Positions 58,930-64,000 of a stretch of 64,000 nucleotides of DNA are shown piece by piece. The notes under the pieces were generated by a model. That model ran no database searches, was not told the origin of the DNA, and saw nothing but the letters and a program-made list of their open reading frames with translations. Positions within the stretch are counted from its first letter, which is position 1. Each line of letters opens with the position of its first letter. Position numbers and translations under genes: made by a program. This DNA comes from an uncultured Desulfospira sp. Lineage in GTDB: Bacteria; Desulfobacterota; Desulfobacteria; Desulfobacterales; Desulfobacteraceae. The stretch covers positions 5,408,001 through 5,472,000 of the forward strand of contig OY760175.1 in the NCBI GenBank assembly GCA_963663165.1. Reading direction: 5' to 3'.

Positions 58930-59271
58930 TTAACGCCTTCTTCCAAATCCGAGTATACGTCCCAGGATTTTAAACGGCAGAACAATCAGCTCAAAAATTA
59001 TCATGCTGGCCACCCGTTCAAATATCTTTTCGCCCATTACAATCTTTAAGGTTGCGATGACCATCCACACGCATAGCAGCAGGAATGCCCAGAACGGCAG
59101 CATTTCTATAATCTGGCCGATGAAAGGCGCAAGGACGGCGAGCAGACAGACCGTCACTGCGATGGCCCATGCCTTTGACATGCTTATCAGGCCAAGCATC
59201 AGGGCAAAACCAGCACCGACCAAAACCAGAATATATGCCTCTTCCGGTATGACCATCCAAAGTGTCTGCAT
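58930..59271 (-). CDS. Small integral membrane protein
   Basis: 113 aa, three to four hydrophobic helices, basic tail; AAGGAG RBS. Confidence 0.8.
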   Translation of the reverse strand: MQTLWMVIPEEAYILVLVGAGFALMLGLISMSKAWAIAVTVCLLAVLAPFIGQIIEMLPFWAFLLLCVWMVIATLKIVMGEKIFERVASMIIFELIVLPFKILGRILGFGRRR

Positions 59272-59299
59272 ATTGTCTCCTTATATTGGGCGTTCCTGT

Positions 59300-59473
59300 T
59301 TACCGATTCTTTTTTGCATTATCCCGGCCAGACTTGTAAGTATCTCTATCGGCTTTGTTTTTCGGAGGTCTGTAATGGGGGCTTGACCCTCCGGATCGGA
59401 TAATATCCACGAAACTGTCGTTCCTGCTTTTCTTTTGATCCTGCTGCCCTTTCTTGTGATAATCTCTTCCCAT
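59300..59473 (-). CDS. 57-aa hydrophilic protein (below the ORF-track cutoff)
   Basis: MGRDYHKKGQQDQKKSRNDSFVDIIRSGGSSPHYRPPKNKADRDTYKSGRDNAKKNR; GAAGGG RBS; stops just before the next gene's RBS. Confidence 0.6.
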   Translation of the reverse strand: MGRDYHKKGQQDQKKSRNDSFVDIIRSGGSSPHYRPPKNKADRDTYKSGRDNAKKNR

Positions 59474-59540
59474 TTTGTTTCCCTTCTTTTTTGGGTAGTT
59501 TGCTCTCTAATAAGAAATGTATTCTTGACCTGGAGATATA

Positions 59541-59570
59541 TACGGAAGTGTTTTTCAGATTTTAAAAAAA
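59541..59570 (-). promoter_or_regulatory. Putative ECF-sigma promoter
   Basis: tttttttaaaatctgaaaaacacttccgta on -. Confidence 0.55.
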
Positions 59571-59782
59571 TAATTTGTAACTATTTAGCTAATTCTGAAA
59601 AATAAGCAAAAATCAGGGCCTGTAACTGTTGATCATTGTTTGACATGAAATTTTTACCAGATGAAAAGGCATCTGCATCCCTTCCACGGTCTTGATTCGG
59701 ATAATAGTTTAGATACCATTCATCTATTAACTCTTTGACGGATTTTACAATCATGAAAATAAAGATTTTATTTTAGACCCAG

Positions 59783-62086
59783 TCACCACCGGCTAAGATA
59801 AGGCTTGTAACTCTTTTTGCCATACAGATATTCCCGAAGCGTCACCGCCTGCTGAAACAGCACCTCCTGCAGGGTCTTTCGCCCGCCTTTGTGGCTGACT
59901 TCCGTCCCCAGCCGGGCCATGGTGGCTCCCGCCATTTTTTTGCAGCACTCTTTTGTTAAGAGGCCGTCCCTGCGCTGTTCAATTTTTCCACCCCTGTTCA
60001 GCATGCTGATAACTGTCCGGTCAATCACTGGTGCCCGGAATTCCTCCACCAGATCGTAAGTAAGGACAGGTTTGCCCGGCTGGTAGGAATGAAGAAAGCC
60101 GGCGGCAGGGCTGAGTCCGGCTTTGATAACAGCATTTAACGCTTGGGAATAAAGGATGCCATATCCGTAATTGAGCAGCGAGTTGACCGGATCACCAGCC
60201 CCTCTTCGTTTCCGGCCCGGGAAATTAACCTCACCGGGAAGGATATGGGAAATGAGACGCCAGTATCTAGTGGCAAACGTGCCTTCCAGCCCCATAATTC
60301 CATTTCTGAAGTTCCGGGGAGCCCGGCCTTCCGTCTTTAGCGAGCTAATTTTATGGATGAGACGTTCAAGCTGCGCCCTTTCGTGTTCAAAAGCCGCCTT
60401 GTACCCGTTGTCCCTTTTTTTATATTTTCCGTATGATTTCAACAGGGCGAGCTGATTTTTTGTCTTGCCCCAGATGAACATCCTGGCCAGTTGCAACCCT
60501 TCTGAATGATCCTTGAGTGCCACCTGTTTCTGGATCGTTTCCGCCCGGAGACCGGCAGGATGCTGCAAAACGGCAGTAATGGTGCCAAGGCCGTTAATTA
60601 TATGAAACGGAATATCCTTTTCAGCACAATGATGCAGGATATTTGTTGACACAGAAAGGGCGTGTTCTGCAACAGTGATGCCTTTCAGTTCCGAGACCGG
60701 CACTTCAGATACAATCTTTTGCTTTTGCCGGACAACAACCCGATTGGACTGAAGACCGATATAATGACCCGGGCTGAGGACAAAAATCTCGCCCCCGGCC
60801 ACCTGCTTGCGCTGAAACTGCCTCCTTTTGACATTGGCTTTTTTATCTGCCTGTTTAATTGGCTGCTCTGATGTTAAAGCCTTTCGGCCCTCTTTCCAGA
60901 TGGCCACCAGCTGTGCCTTTTTTTCTTTTCCCGAAAGACTGTATTCCGAGGCAGGCAGCGGCAGCCGCAGATGGGGCGGCGGGGTCCTGGGCCATTTCCC
61001 CTGCTTCAGCCGGTGCTGCACAAGCCGTTCAAACAGGGAGATCAGTTTTTTCTCAATGAATAGAAACTGCTCGCCGGAACCCAGGAACCCATAATGAAAC
61101 TGCCAGCCTTTGACCGATTGTTCAAGGCGGGCAAACACCTCTTCCAGGCCAAGGCGGCTATTGGGAGAAAGAAGATAACCAAGTTTTCCCAGCATTTTGT
61201 TCTGCTTTTTTTCGCTGATGCGCCGGTCTTCACCTTTAAAATAAATTCCGAGAAAGTCAAAGCCCCCGGCAAGACTCGCAACCGGTGATTTATTTTCGTT
61301 CAGCTGCAGTGACAGTTTTTGGGAAAGGAACGCCTTGACCGCGAGATCCGCCTCTATGGCCTGTTTCTCGTGCGCGCACTGTAAGACATAATCATCAGCG
61401 TAACGGACCCATCCCCATTGTTTTTCCCTGACAAAGAGATCCAGTTCATGAAGATAAAGATTGGCAAGCAGCGGTGAAATAACCTGCCCCTGCCGAACCC
61501 CCTCTTTAACATCTTTCCATTTTCCGCCCCTGGCGACAATGCCGGAACGGCACCACAGCGCCACCAGATCCACAACTGTTTTCTCCCCGCCCACCAGGTT
61601 GCTGAACAATGATATAAGCAGGTCATGATTCAACCGGTCAAAAAAGTTATCAACATCCTGACGAACCACCCACTGCAGCTTTCCGGCATTGAGATTATGC
61701 TCCACCCGGCGGATGGCACGGTAATGACCTTTGCCTTTTCTATAGGCATAACTGGTGTCCAGGAACAGTTTTTCCGCCAGGGGTTCAACAACCTGGAGCA
61801 ATGCTGTCTGCACAACTTTATCAGCAACAGTGGGCAGTCCGAGATGGCGCCACTCTTTTTTTTCATTAAATTTCGGGGTGCGGACCTCCTGAACCGGCTC
61901 CGGGGTGTATCTGCCGGCTGAAATATCCTGTCTCAGCCGGCGAAGATTTTTATGAAGGTCTTTTTCAAATGAATCAACACTGACTTTATCCACGCCGCCC
62001 AGGGAGCCTTTTTTCCTCACCCGGCGAAAGGCGCCAAGCAGGTTGGATTCATCCAGAAAGGCATCAGTAATGGTACCTGTTCTCAT
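59783..62086 (-). CDS. cas1: Reverse transcriptase-Cas1 fusion
   Basis: RT motifs LGLPTVADKVVQ, SYAYR, QGQVISPLLANLYL, RYADD, FDFLG; Cas1 motifs GLEG, DPVNSLLNYGY, GFLH, DLVEEFR. Confidence 0.96.
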   Translation of the reverse strand: MRTGTITDAFLDESNLLGAFRRVRKKGSLGGVDKVSVDSFEKDLHKNLRRLRQDISAGRYTPEPVQEVRTPKFNEKKEWRHLGLPTVADKVVQTALLQVVEPLAEKLFLDTSYAYRKGKGHYRAIRRVEHNLNAGKLQWVVRQDVDNFFDRLNHDLLISLFSNLVGGEKTVVDLVALWCRSGIVARGGKWKDVKEGVRQGQVISPLLANLYLHELDLFVREKQWGWVRYADDYVLQCAHEKQAIEADLAVKAFLSQKLSLQLNENKSPVASLAGGFDFLGIYFKGEDRRISEKKQNKMLGKLGYLLSPNSRLGLEEVFARLEQSVKGWQFHYGFLGSGEQFLFIEKKLISLFERLVQHRLKQGKWPRTPPPHLRLPLPASEYSLSGKEKKAQLVAIWKEGRKALTSEQPIKQADKKANVKRRQFQRKQVAGGEIFVLSPGHYIGLQSNRVVVRQKQKIVSEVPVSELKGITVAEHALSVSTNILHHCAEKDIPFHIINGLGTITAVLQHPAGLRAETIQKQVALKDHSEGLQLARMFIWGKTKNQLALLKSYGKYKKRDNGYKAAFEHERAQLERLIHKISSLKTEGRAPRNFRNGIMGLEGTFATRYWRLISHILPGEVNFPGRKRRGAGDPVNSLLNYGYGILYSQALNAVIKAGLSPAAGFLHSYQPGKPVLTYDLVEEFRAPVIDRTVISMLNRGGKIEQRRDGLLTKECCKKMAGATMARLGTEVSHKGGRKTLQEVLFQQAVTLREYLYGKKSYKPYLSRW

Positions 62087-62103
62087 ATGTCCTGATCCTC
62101 TTT

Positions 62104-62379
62104 TTAAATGATCGTGTCATATTTTTCCTTTTTGATGCCGCTCTGCTCTCTTTGATCCGCACATTTCCCGCAAAGGAAATAGTAGAGGACGGAATCCTGC
62201 CCGGAGTTGATAATGGCTTCAATCTTTTTTTTCAGGGGGAAAATTCCGGATTTTCGGATGCGGCATTCAAAAACAGAATAATTCACCCGGATGCCATATC
62301 CCTTAAGCAGCTTGACAAGTGCATTCCGCCTTTTATTGCTGGCAACATCATAGGCAATCACCACATACTGTTTTGACAT
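62104..62379 (-). CDS. cas2: Cas2
   Basis: VIAYDVASNKRR..LKGYGIRVNYSVFEC..DSVLYY. Confidence 0.95.
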   Translation of the reverse strand: MSKQYVVIAYDVASNKRRNALVKLLKGYGIRVNYSVFECRIRKSGIFPLKKKIEAIINSGQDSVLYYFLCGKCADQREQSGIKKEKYDTII

Positions 62380-62430
62380 GTTGAATCACTCCGGCCTTTT
62401 TCTCGTGTTAAACCCGTTTCTCTTATTTTT

Positions 62431-62460
62431 TACGGAGCCGGCCGACTGTTTTTAAAATAA
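62431..62460 (-). promoter_or_regulatory. Putative ECF-sigma promoter of cas2-RT-cas1
   Basis: ttattttaaaaacagtcggccggctccgta on -; shares ccggctccgta with the sigma-gene promoter. Confidence 0.62.
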
Positions 62461-62651
62461 TTTTGAACTGAATGGATTAAATGAAATTTATTGGGGGAGG
62501 AGGAAAATCTTCTTGAACAAGCCAGGGCACTATCACCAAAGCCTGTTAATTTAGCTTTTCAAGGTCACCGTACATGATGCATGCGTTTAAATATGCCCGT
62601 TCAGCATAACTGCCTTTGCCTGACTCACGATAAAGGCGCCTCAGGCCGCCT

Positions 62652-63640
62652 ATCTTAATCCTCTCTAATCGAGGCAGTCTTTCTGACGCAGAGGTGCTAT
62701 ATATGTTCGCGGAACGCTCTTGAAGTCTTAATCCTCTCTAATCGAGGCAGTCTTTCTGACTTGACCTTCGTGCCCGGTTTCGGCTGGTTAAAAAGTCTTA
62801 ATCCTCTCTAATCGAGGCAGTCTTTCTGACGAAAAGCCGGGTTTTACCACAACGGGTTGTTTGATAGTCTTAATCCTCTCTAATCGAGGCAGTCTTTCTG
62901 ACCAAAAGAATGTATGGCCCAGGGGATTGTGGCAGAAGTCTTAATCCTCTCTAATCGAGGCAGTCTTTCTGACTTAGGGGATTTGTCAAAAGAACGGGTA
63001 AGGCCCCATGTCTTAATCCTCTCTAATCGAGGCAGTCTTTCTGACTTCCAGGGATTAGATTTTAAAGGCTATGAAATTGAGTCTTAATCCTCTCTAATCG
63101 AGGCAGTCTTTCTGACGAAAAAATGGAAGACCGACTGTTACAAAAATATAAGTCTTAATCCTCTCTAATCGAGGCAGTCTTTCTGACCTGGTAACCTTCA
63201 TCGTATGATCAATAATGTCGAATCGTCTTAATCCTCTCTAATCGAGGCAGTCTTTCTGACAAGTTCATGGCACCGCCAATCCTAAATTGGACAAAGTCTT
63301 AATCCTCTCTAATCGAGGCAGTCTTTCTGACCACTTAATGTGTATTTCGTTGGGCTTGAGATTGGTATGTCTTAATCCTCTCTAATCGAGGCAGTCTTTC
63401 TGACAAAAAATTATTTTTTGTGACAAAAAATTATTTTTTGATACAGAATTAAGCAAAGCGTCTTAATCCTCTCTAATCGAGGCAGTCTTTCTGACTGCTA
63501 AATTAAAAAATACCTTAAATTATTTGTATTGGTCTTAATCCTCTCTAATCGAGGCAGTCTTTCTGACTAAATTCGAACATCGGGATGGTTGTAAACAAAC
63601 GTGAGTCTTAATCCTCTCTAATCGAGGCAGTCTTTCTGAC
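62652..63640 (-). CRISPR. CRISPR array 4: 14 repeats / 13 spacers
   Basis: Repeat on + is GTCTTAATCCTCTCTAATCGAGGCAGTCTTTCTGAC. Confidence 0.98.
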
Positions 63641-63840
63641 TCTGGGTATCTGGAACGCTTGTCCGGCAAGGCTTTTCAAGGCCGTTTTGCCGGACCTACC
63701 TTGTTTTCGGGTTTCGGAAAAAAATTTCACACTTAAATGCAGGCTGTTTTTTGTATAACACTTTGATTTTAAATACGATACAAAAATGCCGGACCTCTTT
63801 TGGATTTTTTGCGAACAAATTGTCAAAGATCGATAAGGCC
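63641..63840 (-). promoter_or_regulatory. CRISPR leader 4 with an IHF-consensus site (63756-63768)
   Basis: Near-copy of leader 2; AATCAAAGTGTTA on -. Confidence 0.8.
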
Positions 63841-64000
63841 TCATGACACGGAATACGCCTTTGTATTGGGCAGATTCCCGGTGCCGGAGAATTCAACATG
63901 CCCTACGCAATGCCTGCAAAGCGGGTAATGCCGGATGGTGTCCTCCCCATGGTCAATGAATTCTTCCAAATCGGACTGCATCTTCATAAATTTATATTCG
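63841..64000 (-). CDS. cas2: Cas2, 3' part (5' end lies beyond the window)
   Basis: EYKFMKMQSDLEEFIDHGEDTIRHYPLCRHC...TKAYSVS*, nearly identical to the cas2 at 27226. Confidence 0.85.
   Translation of the reverse strand, partial: EYKFMKMQSDLEEFIDHGEDTIRHYPLCRHCVGHVEFSGTGNLPNTKAYSVS

Noticed and set aside
59783..62086. Group II intron or retron
   Set aside because: The RT is fused in frame to Cas1 and preceded by cas2.

Overview
A 64-kb CRISPR/defence island. Protein similarity suggests a Desulfobacteraceae-like deltaproteobacterium (inference). Almost all genes are on the - strand. Contents: (1) four CRISPR arrays with variants of one 36-bp repeat (30, 14, 11 and 14 repeats) plus a one-spacer relic fused to a truncated cas6; (2) a type III-D-like effector operon with an HD-less, GGDD-intact Cas10; (3) two adaptation modules, TPR-CAPP primase-Cas1 and Cas2-RT-Cas1, plus a nonsense-broken cas2 and a partial cas2 at the window edge; (4) a Csx1 CARF-HEPN nuclease; (5) a HipA/XRE pair, AbiEii relics, a Ugp-like ABC transporter with a phosphoesterase, and several IS elements. 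Best candidate for a new system: an ECF-like sigma factor / Zn-motif MazF-like anti-sigma candidate / Lon-protease-TPR / Csx1 operon with no recognisable SAVED sensor. A bipartite motif, TTT(T)AAA-N~16-TCCGTA, recurs upstream of eight transcription units (the sigma gene itself, cas10, cas2-RT-cas1, TPR-CAPP-cas1, cas6 and three accessory genes) and may be this sigma factor's regulon. Second candidate: an 11-gene operon between two arrays (coiled-coil, radical SAM, double AAA, coiled-coil, PP2C, vWA, FHA, Ser/Thr kinase, His kinase, receiver, PIN). All family calls come from reading motifs by eye; no database searches were run.
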